The translations under genes were made by a program, and so were the position numbers. The notes under the pieces were generated by a model. That model made no database searches. It saw nothing but the letters and a program-made list of their open reading frames with translations, and had not been told where the DNA came from. Positions 21,991-31,909 of a stretch of DNA of 64,000 nt are shown here, one piece after another. The stretch lies in the NCBI GenBank assembly GCA_039698055.1, contig JBDKTL010000007.1, positions 32,001 to 96,000 of the forward strand. The letters are read 5' to 3'. The stretch is from Methanoregula sp. (GTDB taxonomy: Archaea > Halobacteriota > Methanomicrobia > Methanomicrobiales > Methanospirillaceae). Every line of letters begins with the position of its first letter. The stretch's first letter is position 1.

Positions 21991-22512
21991 GTGCGACAGA
22001 TCGTACCAGGTCCGTGTCCATCCTGCAATACTGAAATAGAATATCTGTATCAGACGGAAAATATTCCTTTTTTTTCAGACATTCTTATAATTTCTGCCAT
22101 CTGCCCGTGCTGCGGTTATCGGTATGCGGATACCCAGCTCCTGAAACAGGCCGATCCTGCACGATACACCCTGGCAATCGAGACGGTGGATGACCTCTCG
22201 GTCCGCGTGGTGCGGAGTATGAGCGCGGCCATTGAGATCCCGGAACTGGGGACCCGGATCGACCCGGGGCCCTCATGTCAGGGATTCGTATCCAATGTGG
22301 AGGGAGTACTCGACCGTATAGAAACGGTCGTGAAGGGCGCCCTGCAGTGGGGTAACGATGTCGAGAAGGAGAATGCGGCGGCACTTCTTGTGGATATCGC
22401 TAAGGTAAAGGCCGGGGCGTTTCCCATCACGTTGATTCTGGAGGACCCGAACGGAAACAGCGGGATCATCGCAGATACCGCGGTGAAATCCGCATACGTA
22501 CCGGAAGAGTGA
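21991..22512 (+). CDS. ZPR1 zinc-finger protein
   Basis: CPSC...CPCCG, IPELG, NVEG, DPNGNS. Confidence 0.92.
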   Translation: MRQIVPGPCPSCNTEIEYLYQTENIPFFSDILIISAICPCCGYRYADTQLLKQADPARYTLAIETVDDLSVRVVRSMSAAIEIPELGTRIDPGPSCQGFVSNVEGVLDRIETVVKGALQWGNDVEKENAAALLVDIAKVKAGAFPITLILEDPNGNSGIIADTAVKSAYVPEE

Positions 22513-22627
22513 GTCCGGTTCAATTTCCAGCCCTTATTTTCTCTCAACAATTTTCATTTCCTGATGCCGCAGGATCACAAGAAAAAGAAGAAAGAGTTTA
22601 TTACGCCCTGCTTTCAGTGATCACACG

Positions 22628-22726
22628 ATGAAGATCCTTGGCATTGCATCCAGCCCGCGAAAAGGCGGAAACAGCCAGATGCTTGTTGAACACATTCTTT
22701 CCGGTAATACGGTATCGCCCACAGAG
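22628..22726 (+). pseudogene. Truncated flavodoxin-family (NADPH-dependent FMN reductase/Isf-like) gene remnant
   Basis: MKILGIASSPRKGGNSQMLVEHILSG matches the N-termini of the intact paralogs at 36838 and 37461; similarity then stops at the repeat element. Confidence 0.7.
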
Positions 22727-22841
22727 TGTACCCATGCGACCCCTTCAAACCCACAATCCCCTTCACACTGCATTTTTCGTCGAAATTTTTCAGAAAATAA
22801 GGGCTTTCCGGAAAACCTGATGGGGGGGTCGCATGGGTACA
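22727..22841. mobile_element. MITE/REP-like element with 17-bp terminal inverted repeats
   Basis: TGTACCCATGCGACCCC (22727-22743) and GGGGTCGCATGGGTACA (22825-22841); no transposase or clear target duplication. Confidence 0.55.
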
Positions 22842-22932
22842 AACTGTTTTCACGCGAGTCAGAGACCCGGTGAATTGGCAGAAAAATACGACGGAAATTC
22901 CCTGCCGGCGCCTGCCCGGCAGGATACCGGTC

Positions 22933-22949
22933 TGTACCCATGCGACCCC
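22933..22949 (+). repeat. Third exact copy of the 17-bp end motif
   Basis: TGTACCCATGCGACCCC identical to 22727-22743. Confidence 0.85.
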
Positions 22950-23074
22950 CAACTTCACGTCAGATCCCGTACGTTCATAATAGCGAACAGTTCCGGCACT
23001 CGCATGCAGGGGCAATTTGTAAAATTTTTTTCCGGAATGAAAAGAAAAAAGAGAACTTAAAAAAAATTGTCTGG

Positions 23075-24067
23075 TTATGTTATCTCCATCTCGCCGAGCC
23101 ATGCCCCCGGCTCCTTCACAACTTCCCCAACAACCTGCGCTCCGGGGACCATCTTCAGCACGCAGGTCACGCTTGATTTCGGTACGACATACGCATAGCC
23201 CATACCCATGTTGAAGGTGCGATACATCTCTTCAGCGGTGATGTCGCCGGCCTTCTGGATCCAGCCGAAGATGTCGGGCGGGGCGATGGGGGTGTCGAAC
23301 CGGAACCCGTACTTGCTCAGGCGGTTAAAGTTCAGGAGACCCCCACCGGTGACATGGCACATGCCATGCACCGTGCAGGATGCGGCAACCTTCAGGCTCT
23401 CGTGGTAGATCCGGGTAGGCGTGATGAGTTCCTGCCCGAACGTCTTTTTGCCCTTGAACTTCTTGTCGTAACCCGCGTACTTCTCGACAACTCGGCGGGC
23501 GAGCGAGAGGCCGTTGCTGTGGACACCGGTCGAGGGGACGCCCATGATCTTCTCGCCCGGCTTGATCTTGTCACCGGCAATGATCTTGTCCTTCTTCTGA
23601 ATCCCGAGGCAGGTGCCAGCGAGATCGAGGCCGTTCACCAGCCCGCGAAGCGAGGCGGTTTCACCACCAACAATATCGATATTTGCCTGCCGGGCGCCTT
23701 CGTTGAGCCCGATACCGATCTGGGCCATCTTGTCAATCGAGAGCTTGTCGGTGGCAATGTAATCGACAAACGCAATTGGCTCCACATTCATAACGTAGAG
23801 ATCGTTGACATTCATCGCGATGCAGTCAATCCCAACCGTGCTCCAGTCCTCCTGCTGGTCGGCAACAAGCATTTTTGTGCCGACGCCATCGGTCGTGAGG
23901 GCAAGCACCTGTTCCCCGAAATCAATAAGACCGGCAAAATGCCCGACATTCCCGAGCATCGTATGCTTCCCTCTCCGCCGGTAACCCAAGTTTTTTATCA
24001 GCGATTTTATTGCGGTTGCTTCAAGGTCAATATCAACCCCTGCATCCCGGTAGGCATTTTCAGTCAT
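23075..24067 (-). CDS. purM: Phosphoribosylformylglycinamidine cyclo-ligase
   Basis: YRDAGVD, TDGVGTK, GGETA, HSNG, TFNMG. Confidence 0.96.
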   Translation of the reverse strand: MTENAYRDAGVDIDLEATAIKSLIKNLGYRRRGKHTMLGNVGHFAGLIDFGEQVLALTTDGVGTKMLVADQQEDWSTVGIDCIAMNVNDLYVMNVEPIAFVDYIATDKLSIDKMAQIGIGLNEGARQANIDIVGGETASLRGLVNGLDLAGTCLGIQKKDKIIAGDKIKPGEKIMGVPSTGVHSNGLSLARRVVEKYAGYDKKFKGKKTFGQELITPTRIYHESLKVAASCTVHGMCHVTGGGLLNFNRLSKYGFRFDTPIAPPDIFGWIQKAGDITAEEMYRTFNMGMGYAYVVPKSSVTCVLKMVPGAQVVGEVVKEPGAWLGEMEIT

Positions 24068-25460
24068 TACATTCCTCTGAGAGACGGAACTCATCGTGGA
24101 GCACCCGCACTGCACGGGGACCATCCTCTTGTTTTACGACAAACGAGATGTTGGCCTCACTTGACCCCTGCGATATCATCATCACGTTTACCCCTTCACG
24201 GCCAAGAGCGGTAAAGATCCGTCCTCCCGTCCCGGCTGCACCGGCCATACCGGCACCCACAACTGCCACCGCACAGACATCATGGTTATGCGTCACCTCG
24301 CGCACAATACCCTGTTCGACAAGGAATGCCAGTGCGTTCACTGCGGCGGAGAGGTGGGACTCATCAACGATAAGCGAGATGTTGGCCTCACTTGACCCCT
24401 GCGATATCATCATCACGTTCACTTCGTTGTCGGCAAGTGCTGAAAAGATGGCTTTTGCTACACCGGGCCTGCCGATCATCTGGGCGCCATTGATATTGAT
24501 GGAGCCAACTTTCTCAATATACGTAAGGGCCTTGACCACCCGGCTGTCGCGATGGCCGTTCCTGACAATTTTTGTTCCGGGGTGCGAGGGATTGAATGTA
24601 TTTTTTACCCGGACAAGGATGTTTTTTCTCATCGCCGGATCGATCGAGCGGGGGTGCATGACTTTTGCGCCAAAGTAGGAGAGTTCCATTACCTCGATGT
24701 ACGAGAGACTTTTCATTACCCGCGCATCACTGATCACCCGGGGATCGGAGGTCATAATGCCATCCACATCTGTCCAGATCCAGATCTCATCTGCGTCGAT
24801 GCCGGCACCAATAATCGATGCGGAATAGTCCGACCCGCTTCGTCCAAGAGTGGTGACAATGCCCTCGCATGTGCAGCCCATGAAGCCCATGATAACCGGT
24901 ACTTCTTTATTCAGGAGTTCCCCGACCCGTTTTTTAATGAGCGCATCACTTTCCGGGAGAGCAGTGGATTCTCCATGCTGGGGGGTGGTAAGGATACCGG
25001 CTTCGCACCCGTCCATTACGGTAGAGGGGATGCCCTGCTGGCGGAGAGCAGCACTAACGATTGGTGCAAGGATACGCTCACCGTAAGAGATAATGTAATC
25101 TCTGGAGCGGGGGGTGAGCTCCCGCAAATTGTACACGGCGTAAAGGATACTCTGGAGGCTGATGAGTCGTTCGTCGATGACAGATCCAACTTCTGCAACA
25201 TAATCGGGTGCCGCACCTTCAAGTGTGGTCATATGCCGTTTTCCCAGGGACTGGATCAGGGGTGCAATCGCCGAACTGTCCTTTGCGGTTGGAAGGGTGC
25301 CGGCAATTTCAATGAGCTGATCCGTCACACCCCGCTGTGCAGAAACGACAACTGCCATTTCGTCGCCAGCCTCACGGTGTTTTTTAAGAATATCAACGAC
25401 CCTTTTGATACACTGCGCATCAGCAACTGATGTTCCGCCGAATTTCATCAACAATCTCAT
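24060..25460 (-). CDS. lysC: Aspartate kinase (two ACT domains)
   Basis: MKFGGTSV, TLGRSGSDYSA, DVDGIMTSDPR. Confidence 0.96.
   Translation of the reverse strand: MRLLMKFGGTSVADAQCIKRVVDILKKHREAGDEMAVVVSAQRGVTDQLIEIAGTLPTAKDSSAIAPLIQSLGKRHMTTLEGAAPDYVAEVGSVIDERLISLQSILYAVYNLRELTPRSRDYIISYGERILAPIVSAALRQQGIPSTVMDGCEAGILTTPQHGESTALPESDALIKKRVGELLNKEVPVIMGFMGCTCEGIVTTLGRSGSDYSASIIGAGIDADEIWIWTDVDGIMTSDPRVISDARVMKSLSYIEVMELSYFGAKVMHPRSIDPAMRKNILVRVKNTFNPSHPGTKIVRNGHRDSRVVKALTYIEKVGSININGAQMIGRPGVAKAIFSALADNEVNVMMISQGSSEANISLIVDESHLSAAVNALAFLVEQGIVREVTHNHDVCAVAVVGAGMAGAAGTGGRIFTALGREGVNVMMISQGSSEANISFVVKQEDGPRAVRVLHDEFRLSEECND
24144..24419. repeat. Exact 45-bp direct repeat within the lysC ACT domains
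   Basis: CGAGATGTTGGCCTCACTTGACCCCTGCGATATCATCATCACGTT at 24144-24188 and 24375-24419. Confidence 0.9.
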
Positions 25461-25523
25461 TTGTGTTCCCACACTTGCACGTACCATTTATTTATGTAAC
25501 TATACGACGCACAGAATAATAAG

Positions 25524-27152
25524 ATGCATGCAGAAGACGTGGTTGACTGCCACGTGCTGGTTATCGGGAGCGGTGGGGCAGGAGTGCGTGCGGCTATCGA
25601 GGCTTCAGGCTATGGGAACACCGTGCTCATCTCAAAAACGATCGTGGGAAAAGGTGGCTGTACCACGATGGCTGAGGGGGGGTTAAATGCAGTCCTGCGC
25701 AAAGAGGATTCATGTGAGATTCATTTTGAGGATACGCTCAAAGGCGGAGCATACCTCAACGAACCTGAACTGGTAAAAATTCTGGTGCATGAATCTCCCC
25801 AACGGATGAACGATCTTATCCAGTGGGGTGCCGTTTTTGATTTTACTGACAACGACGAAGTTGCCCAGCGTCCCTTTGGCGGCCAGAGATTTCCCAGAAC
25901 CTGCTATGCGGGAGACCGCACCGGTCATGAGATGATGACCACGCTTGTCGAGCGTCTTGATGCCTGTGGCATAACGACTCTTCAGGAAATGACCGTCATC
26001 GATCTCCTGAAAGAGGGCAACCGGGTGATCGGAGCGATGGCTCTTGATGAGAAAGGCGCAATGATCCTTTTAAAAGCGGACAGCACCATCCTCGCAACCG
26101 GTGGAGGAACAAAAGTCTATGATATCTCCACAAACTCTTCCAGCGGTACCGGGGACGGGTACGCGATTGGGTACCGTGCCGGCGCTGAACTTATCGATAT
26201 GGAACTGGTGCAGTTCCACCCGACCGGCGCAGTATTCCCCTATGATGCACGGGGCAGGCTGGTAACAGAAGCCGTGCGGGGAGAGGGGGGGATCCTGAAA
26301 AATTCTCTTGGAGAGCGGTTCATGAAACGATATGACCCCGACCGGATGGAGCTCTCCACCCGTGATGTTGTTGCCCGTGCGATTGCCACGGAGATCCTCA
26401 AGGGAAGAGGAACAGAACATGATGGGGTGTACCTTGATGTCACGCACCTCCCGCGTGAACAGATCGAGTCCCGGCTTCCGGTCATGCTCGAACAGTTCCT
26501 CAAATTCGGTGTAGACATCCGGGAAAAAGCGATGGAAGTGGCGCCGACCGCACACCACATTATGGGAGGTCTGCGGATCACACCGGAATGCAGGACGACC
26601 ATTCCGGGATTATTTGCATGCGGTGAGGTCTCCGGTGGGGTGCATGGCGCCAACCGGCTTGGGGGAAACGCCCTCGCTGAAACACAGGTGTTTGGCAAAC
26701 GCGCTGGTGAATATGCAGGAAAATCTGAGAGAACGCAGACAAAAATCGATCCTGTGCAGGTTGAAACGGCGCAACGGAATCTCGGTGCATTCCTCAAGGG
26801 AACAGAAAACCCGGCACGGGTTAGAAAAGAACTTGAACTGGCAATGTGGCACGGTGCCGGGATATTCCGGAACGAGACCGATATCAAAAAGACTCTTGAT
26901 ACCGTCAATCGTCTCTCCCTGATGTCACTCCAGGCAAAATCCCCACAAAATCTTGCGGATTGCGCCATACTCAGGAATATGTGCCTGACTGCATCGCTGA
27001 TCTGCCGGTGTGCGCTGCTGCGCCCTGAATCCCGTGGTGCCCACGTCCGGGTTGACATCAGCCAGGAATGGGACGCCCTGCATTCCCCCTACAGTCATAC
27101 TTACATCTCGCAACACCGTGAAGGCATCCAGAAGATGGAGGGCAGATTATGA
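25524..27152 (+). CDS. tfrA: Thiol:fumarate reductase (CoM/CoB) flavoprotein subunit
   Basis: GSGGAG, QFHPT, HGANRLGGN, ESRGAH; lacks the covalent-FAD His (GCTTMAEGG). Confidence 0.92.
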   Translation: MHAEDVVDCHVLVIGSGGAGVRAAIEASGYGNTVLISKTIVGKGGCTTMAEGGLNAVLRKEDSCEIHFEDTLKGGAYLNEPELVKILVHESPQRMNDLIQWGAVFDFTDNDEVAQRPFGGQRFPRTCYAGDRTGHEMMTTLVERLDACGITTLQEMTVIDLLKEGNRVIGAMALDEKGAMILLKADSTILATGGGTKVYDISTNSSSGTGDGYAIGYRAGAELIDMELVQFHPTGAVFPYDARGRLVTEAVRGEGGILKNSLGERFMKRYDPDRMELSTRDVVARAIATEILKGRGTEHDGVYLDVTHLPREQIESRLPVMLEQFLKFGVDIREKAMEVAPTAHHIMGGLRITPECRTTIPGLFACGEVSGGVHGANRLGGNALAETQVFGKRAGEYAGKSERTQTKIDPVQVETAQRNLGAFLKGTENPARVRKELELAMWHGAGIFRNETDIKKTLDTVNRLSLMSLQAKSPQNLADCAILRNMCLTASLICRCALLRPESRGAHVRVDISQEWDALHSPYSHTYISQHREGIQKMEGRL

Positions 27153-28618
27153 ATGAAATAACGGTAAAGGTGCGGAGATTCGATCCTGAACATGATACCA
27201 CCTCACGTTTGGAAACCTATACCGTGCAGGTGCATGACGGCGCCCGTGTGCTCCATGTACTTCATGCCATTCACAACGAATGCGATCCAACGCTTTCCTA
27301 CCGGTATTGTTGTGGGTCCGGGCAGTGCGGGAGCTGTGCCGTCCGGGTGAACGGTGAACCGGTGCTCGCATGTATGGAAGAGGCGAAAAATAACATTATC
27401 ATCGAACCGCTGAACCTCCCGGTCAAAAAAGACCTCGTCGTTGACCTTCTGCCAAAACTCGCGACCATCGCCGCTTTACAACCGTGTCAGGAATGCATCA
27501 TCCCCAAAAAAGCAGAGATCGATTTGATAAAGCCGTTGAGAGACTGCATCGAATGTCTTGCCTGCGTATCCGTTTGTCCCGCGATGGATGTGACATCGTT
27601 TATCGGTCCTACGGCCATGCGCCAGGAAATGCGCCTTGCTCTTGACCCCCGGGATTGCGCTGACCGTGTACCGGACGCAATAAGAGATGGGCTTTTTACC
27701 TGTACATCATGCCAAGCATGCGCAAAAGTCTGCCCGAAGCATATCGAGATCCCCGGTAAGGCAATAGAGAAACTCCGGGCACTTGCTAACAAGCGCGGGT
27801 TCACGCTCCCCCGGCACCAGGAAGTCGCAGCGCTGGTAAAAGCTACCGGCAGAAGTGTCACCCGTATTGAACCCACGTTCCTTGAACAAGTCGGGGATGT
27901 GCTGGAGCCCTATGGACCGGTCAAAGCCACGGTAGGATTCTTTGTTGGGTGCATGTACAATATGCGCCTGCCTCAAACTGCCTTGGACGCGATGGAAGTA
28001 CTGAGACGCAATGGTATCCGGGTTATTATCCCGCACGATCAGGTCTGTTGCGGTTCTCCCCTTATCCGGACCGGGCAGATCGCATTTCTGGACACGCTGA
28101 AATCCAAGAACATTGAGGTATTCTGTTCCCGTGGAATAGATACGGTCATGACCATGTGCGCAGGATGTGGCTCCACGCTGAAAAATGATTACACAACCCC
28201 CTTTGCAATCATGGACATCAATGAGGTGCTCACAAAATACGGGATCGAACCTCCGGCCCGACTACCGTTAAAAGCCACCTATCATGATCCCTGCCACCTG
28301 TTACGGGGTCAGGGCATTCGTGAACCCCCCCGGGAGCTGATCCGCCAGGTTGTCGATCTTGTTGAGATGCCGTCCATATGCTGCGGGTCCGGTGGGGGAG
28401 TGAAAGCTGGAGTGCCGGATGAAGCAGCAGCGCTTGGAAAACGTCGGGGTGAAGAGATCCGGAAAACCGGTGCCGAACTGGTAATTTCATCCTGCCCGTT
28501 CTGCGAATTCCATATTGCCGGGCATACGGATAAACCCGTTAAAAATATCACGACAGTTCTTCTTGAAGGGTACCAGGAAAAGGACAGAAAAAAGAATGCC
28601 CCGCCTCAAACCTGGTAG
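27149..28618 (+). CDS. tfrB: Thiol:fumarate reductase Fe-S subunit with CCG domains
   Basis: 2Fe-2S CCGSGQCGSC, two 4Fe-4S motifs, two HdrD-like CCG domains. Confidence 0.92.
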   Translation: MNEITVKVRRFDPEHDTTSRLETYTVQVHDGARVLHVLHAIHNECDPTLSYRYCCGSGQCGSCAVRVNGEPVLACMEEAKNNIIIEPLNLPVKKDLVVDLLPKLATIAALQPCQECIIPKKAEIDLIKPLRDCIECLACVSVCPAMDVTSFIGPTAMRQEMRLALDPRDCADRVPDAIRDGLFTCTSCQACAKVCPKHIEIPGKAIEKLRALANKRGFTLPRHQEVAALVKATGRSVTRIEPTFLEQVGDVLEPYGPVKATVGFFVGCMYNMRLPQTALDAMEVLRRNGIRVIIPHDQVCCGSPLIRTGQIAFLDTLKSKNIEVFCSRGIDTVMTMCAGCGSTLKNDYTTPFAIMDINEVLTKYGIEPPARLPLKATYHDPCHLLRGQGIREPPRELIRQVVDLVEMPSICCGSGGGVKAGVPDEAAALGKRRGEEIRKTGAELVISSCPFCEFHIAGHTDKPVKNITTVLLEGYQEKDRKKNAPPQTW

Positions 28619-28663
28619 TGGCGACACGCATCACATTTTTCCTGGCATATGAAATGAAACGCT

Positions 28664-29815
28664 CTATTGCTGCGTGAGGTACTCATATGCTTCCAGCGCG
28701 GCTTTTGCCCCGTCACCGGACGCGATGATGATCTGTTTGCTTTTTACTGACGTGACATCTCCGGCCGCGAAAATACCCTCCGTGCTCGTATGGCAGTTGA
28801 GATCTATAATAATCTCTTTTTTATCGTTCAACTCAACAAGACCATCCAGCATTGTCGTATTTGGGAGCCATCCAATCTCGATGAACACACCCTCAACATC
28901 AAGATTCTGCTCCGCACCGTCATCACTTTTTAAGGTAATGCCGGAAAGGAATTTGTCACCGTGAAGTGCCGTGATGTGCGAATGCAGGTGGACGGTAATA
29001 TTTTTCTTTGCCTCAAGGTTTTTCAGGTACACGGGATCTGCTCGTATCGTGGAACGGACAATAAGGCTTACGGATTCTGCAATAGCGCTCATTTCCACCG
29101 CCGTCTGGAGCGCCGAATTTCCTCCCCCGACAATAGCAATTCTCTTGCCTTTGTACAGCGGGCCGTCACAGGTAGAACAGATCGAGAGGCCGCGACCAAG
29201 GAACTCCTCTTCCTTTGGCACGCCGAGCCTACGCGGCTGTTTACCCTGCGTCAGGATCAGGCTTTTTGAGGTAAGAGTGAGATCGGAAGCCGTCTTTACA
29301 ACAAAGAGGCCGGCTTCTTTTGCAATACCGGTAACCTGATCCAGTTCAAGCCGGATATCGAGTGTCTGAACCTGTTCCTCAAATTTTTTCATCAGATCTT
29401 CACCCGTAACCATCCGGTATCCCATATAATTTTCAATTGCCCATGATTCAGTTGCCTGGCCACCGATGTTTTCACTGACAATGATCGTTTTAAGCAGTTT
29501 CCGTGCGCAGTAGACCCCCGCCGTAAGCCCGGCTGGCCCGGCACCGACAATGATGACATCATACTGTTCATCGGATGAAGTGGTCCCAAACAGTTCATTG
29601 AGCCGGTGGGAATCAAACCCGACAATGACTTCATCGTCAACCACGATAACCGGGACGCCCCGTTGGCCGGAAAGTGCAATCATTTTTTGTGCCGCACCAG
29701 AATCTTCACCGACATCGATGCTCTCGTACACAACACCCTGCTTATCCAAAAACGCCTTGGCCATACGGCAGTAGGGACAATTTTTTGTTGAATATACGGT
29801 GACTTTACTCATCAT
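28664..29815 (-). CDS. Glutaredoxin/NrdH-thioredoxin reductase fusion
   Basis: N-terminal CPYC...GVP domain; GAGPAG, CSTCDG, GGGNSA, FAAGD. Confidence 0.9.
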   Translation of the reverse strand: MMSKVTVYSTKNCPYCRMAKAFLDKQGVVYESIDVGEDSGAAQKMIALSGQRGVPVIVVDDEVIVGFDSHRLNELFGTTSSDEQYDVIIVGAGPAGLTAGVYCARKLLKTIIVSENIGGQATESWAIENYMGYRMVTGEDLMKKFEEQVQTLDIRLELDQVTGIAKEAGLFVVKTASDLTLTSKSLILTQGKQPRRLGVPKEEEFLGRGLSICSTCDGPLYKGKRIAIVGGGNSALQTAVEMSAIAESVSLIVRSTIRADPVYLKNLEAKKNITVHLHSHITALHGDKFLSGITLKSDDGAEQNLDVEGVFIEIGWLPNTTMLDGLVELNDKKEIIIDLNCHTSTEGIFAAGDVTSVKSKQIIIASGDGAKAALEAYEYLTQQ

Positions 29816-29947
29816 TTCGAAAAGGATTTAGCGTACTATAAAGGTATGTGATTATCATCACACATGGAACATATTCATCGCAACTTTCTTTTTAGCCAAG
29901 ACCACATACACCATTAGCAAAGAAGGAAAAAGGACAGGATCCCCATC

Positions 29948-31267
29948 ATGGATACACACGCTGGATGGTACATAACCTTAAGAGGTTGTTTTGCATTGCT
30001 GATCCTTGTCACGGGCGTTTTTGCAGGCCCTGTTACCACAGCCGGTTCGGCTGATCCCGTCATGTATCTCAATTTCAATGAAGGGAGTGGCATTTACGCA
30101 CTTGATGCATCTGGCCATGGGAGCACCGGCACCATATATGGCGCCACCCGCATCGATAACGGGGGCTGCGGCAGAGCACTTTCATTGAACGGTATTGACA
30201 ATTACGTGGAGATCCCTTATAGTTCGAATAATCACCCGGAAAAGGAGATCACGGTTTCCTGCTGGTTTTATGTAAATTCTTACGATCCGCAAGTGCTCGT
30301 ATCCAGCTATCATGACGGAGGTTACCGGCTCGCATTTGCTGACGGCCAGGACCTGTGGTGGACAATCAATCTTGACGAAACCGGAGATGTATCCCTCCCA
30401 ATCCGGCACGACAGCATTTCACTGAAGAAATGGCATTACCTGACCGGATCCTACGATGGGACAACATCCAAGATCTATCTCGATGGGATTTTACTTGCCC
30501 AGCAGAATACGACCGGCACAATACGATATAGTACACAAAATTACGTGATGCTCGGTGCAGATGCAGGAGATGCGACAAAACCCTCTCCCGTGTGCCCGGA
30601 ATATCTTTCAGGAGGACTTGATGAAGTCAGGATTTACAACCGCGCGCTGACGTATGGTGAAGTGCTTGACGATAAGTTACGCTGCCCAACCGAGCCGGGC
30701 GTCCCGGAGAAGGCCACACGAGCAGTCGCAACGCCCGAAGTATGTATGCCATTATCCGGGACAGTGACGCTTGACAGCGGCCATCAGGAAACATGGGATG
30801 TTCGTTTTATGAACATAACGGATGAGTCCGTCTGGCAGGTGCATGTTCCGCAAGGCTCTACGCTCACGGTCAGTGCAGCTGATGCCTACTCGCAGGATTT
30901 GCCGGATGCCTGGTATGTGGAGATCGCTGAGGGAAACCAGAAGATTGCAAGAACAGTTGCATTCCCAAATGTCTTCAACTCGCCGTCACGAGGTGTTGTC
31001 CAAAATGGAAATGCAACTGTGCGCGTGCATTATTTTGACGGCCCGGGCAGGTTCCCGGCACAGGTAAATGTCCTGTTTGAGTCCAGCGTAACCCCGACCG
31101 CACCTCTCATCCCTAAGGCGATCCTTGAAAATCCCATTATTGTCATTTATTCGGCGTCATGGGCAACCCTGATCGCTATCGTCATCGTGATCTTCTGGCT
31201 TCACAGGCGAAGAAAGAACAGGATGAGTGAGTCCAAAGACCAGAAAGAAGAAAAGATTATAGAGTGA
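29948..31267 (+). CDS. LamG/ConA-like domain surface protein, C-terminally anchored
   Basis: Signal peptide, WHYLTGSYDG, LDEVRIYNRAL, C-terminal TM followed by RRRK. Confidence 0.85.
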   Translation: MDTHAGWYITLRGCFALLILVTGVFAGPVTTAGSADPVMYLNFNEGSGIYALDASGHGSTGTIYGATRIDNGGCGRALSLNGIDNYVEIPYSSNNHPEKEITVSCWFYVNSYDPQVLVSSYHDGGYRLAFADGQDLWWTINLDETGDVSLPIRHDSISLKKWHYLTGSYDGTTSKIYLDGILLAQQNTTGTIRYSTQNYVMLGADAGDATKPSPVCPEYLSGGLDEVRIYNRALTYGEVLDDKLRCPTEPGVPEKATRAVATPEVCMPLSGTVTLDSGHQETWDVRFMNITDESVWQVHVPQGSTLTVSAADAYSQDLPDAWYVEIAEGNQKIARTVAFPNVFNSPSRGVVQNGNATVRVHYFDGPGRFPAQVNVLFESSVTPTAPLIPKAILENPIIVIYSASWATLIAIVIVIFWLHRRRKNRMSESKDQKEEKIIE

Positions 31268-31760
31268 TTTCCCGGAACTGTTTCCCGAAAACACCACATA
31301 TCGGACATTTTTCCGGCACAATACCGATCTCAATGTTACCGCATACCGGGCAAAGGAATATTTTTTCCCGTCCCAGATCGTGTCCTGCTTTTAAAGCGGC
31401 AAGTGCCTTTTTGTAGTGGTTTGCATGGACCTGCTCGGCTTTCATCGCAAATGTAAACACAAGAACTGCATCGCTCTTGCTTTCTTTTTCTGCCTGCTTG
31501 ACAAAATCCGGGTACATCGAAGTGTATTCGTGTGTTTCACCCTCGATGCTGGTCTCGAGATTGTTCTCCGTCGGGCCAATCGCGGCAAGTATCTTCAGGA
31601 GTTTTTTTGCATGGATCGCTTCTGCTTCCGAAGCTGCTTTGTAAAGCGTCGCAATATTTTTGAACCCCTCTTCGGCTGCTTTATCGGAAAACGCCTGATA
31701 TTTCCTGTTTGCCTGGGATTCCCCGGCAAATGCTTCTATCGCATTCTCTTTGGTTGCCAT
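31257..31760 (-). CDS. rbr: Rubrerythrin
   Basis: AFAGESQA, EAIH, EQVH, CPVC...CPIC. Confidence 0.93.
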   Translation of the reverse strand: MATKENAIEAFAGESQANRKYQAFSDKAAEEGFKNIATLYKAASEAEAIHAKKLLKILAAIGPTENNLETSIEGETHEYTSMYPDFVKQAEKESKSDAVLVFTFAMKAEQVHANHYKKALAALKAGHDLGREKIFLCPVCGNIEIGIVPEKCPICGVFGKQFREITL

Positions 31761-31909
31761 GAGAGATGATTTGGAAAGGGGGTTACTTAAAGATTCTTCA
31801 TGCGGCAGGAAGATCTGCCAACATAAAAAGCAAGAGTTTATCGATGCCTCAATACCCACGCATACGTACGCATTCCGTTTTTTGTACGGTAATGATACCA
31901 GAGTCTGCC

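Noticed and set aside
22727-22949. Possible mini-CRISPR array
   Set aside because: Repeats are only 17 bp, in mixed orientation, with uneven long spacing and no cas genes.
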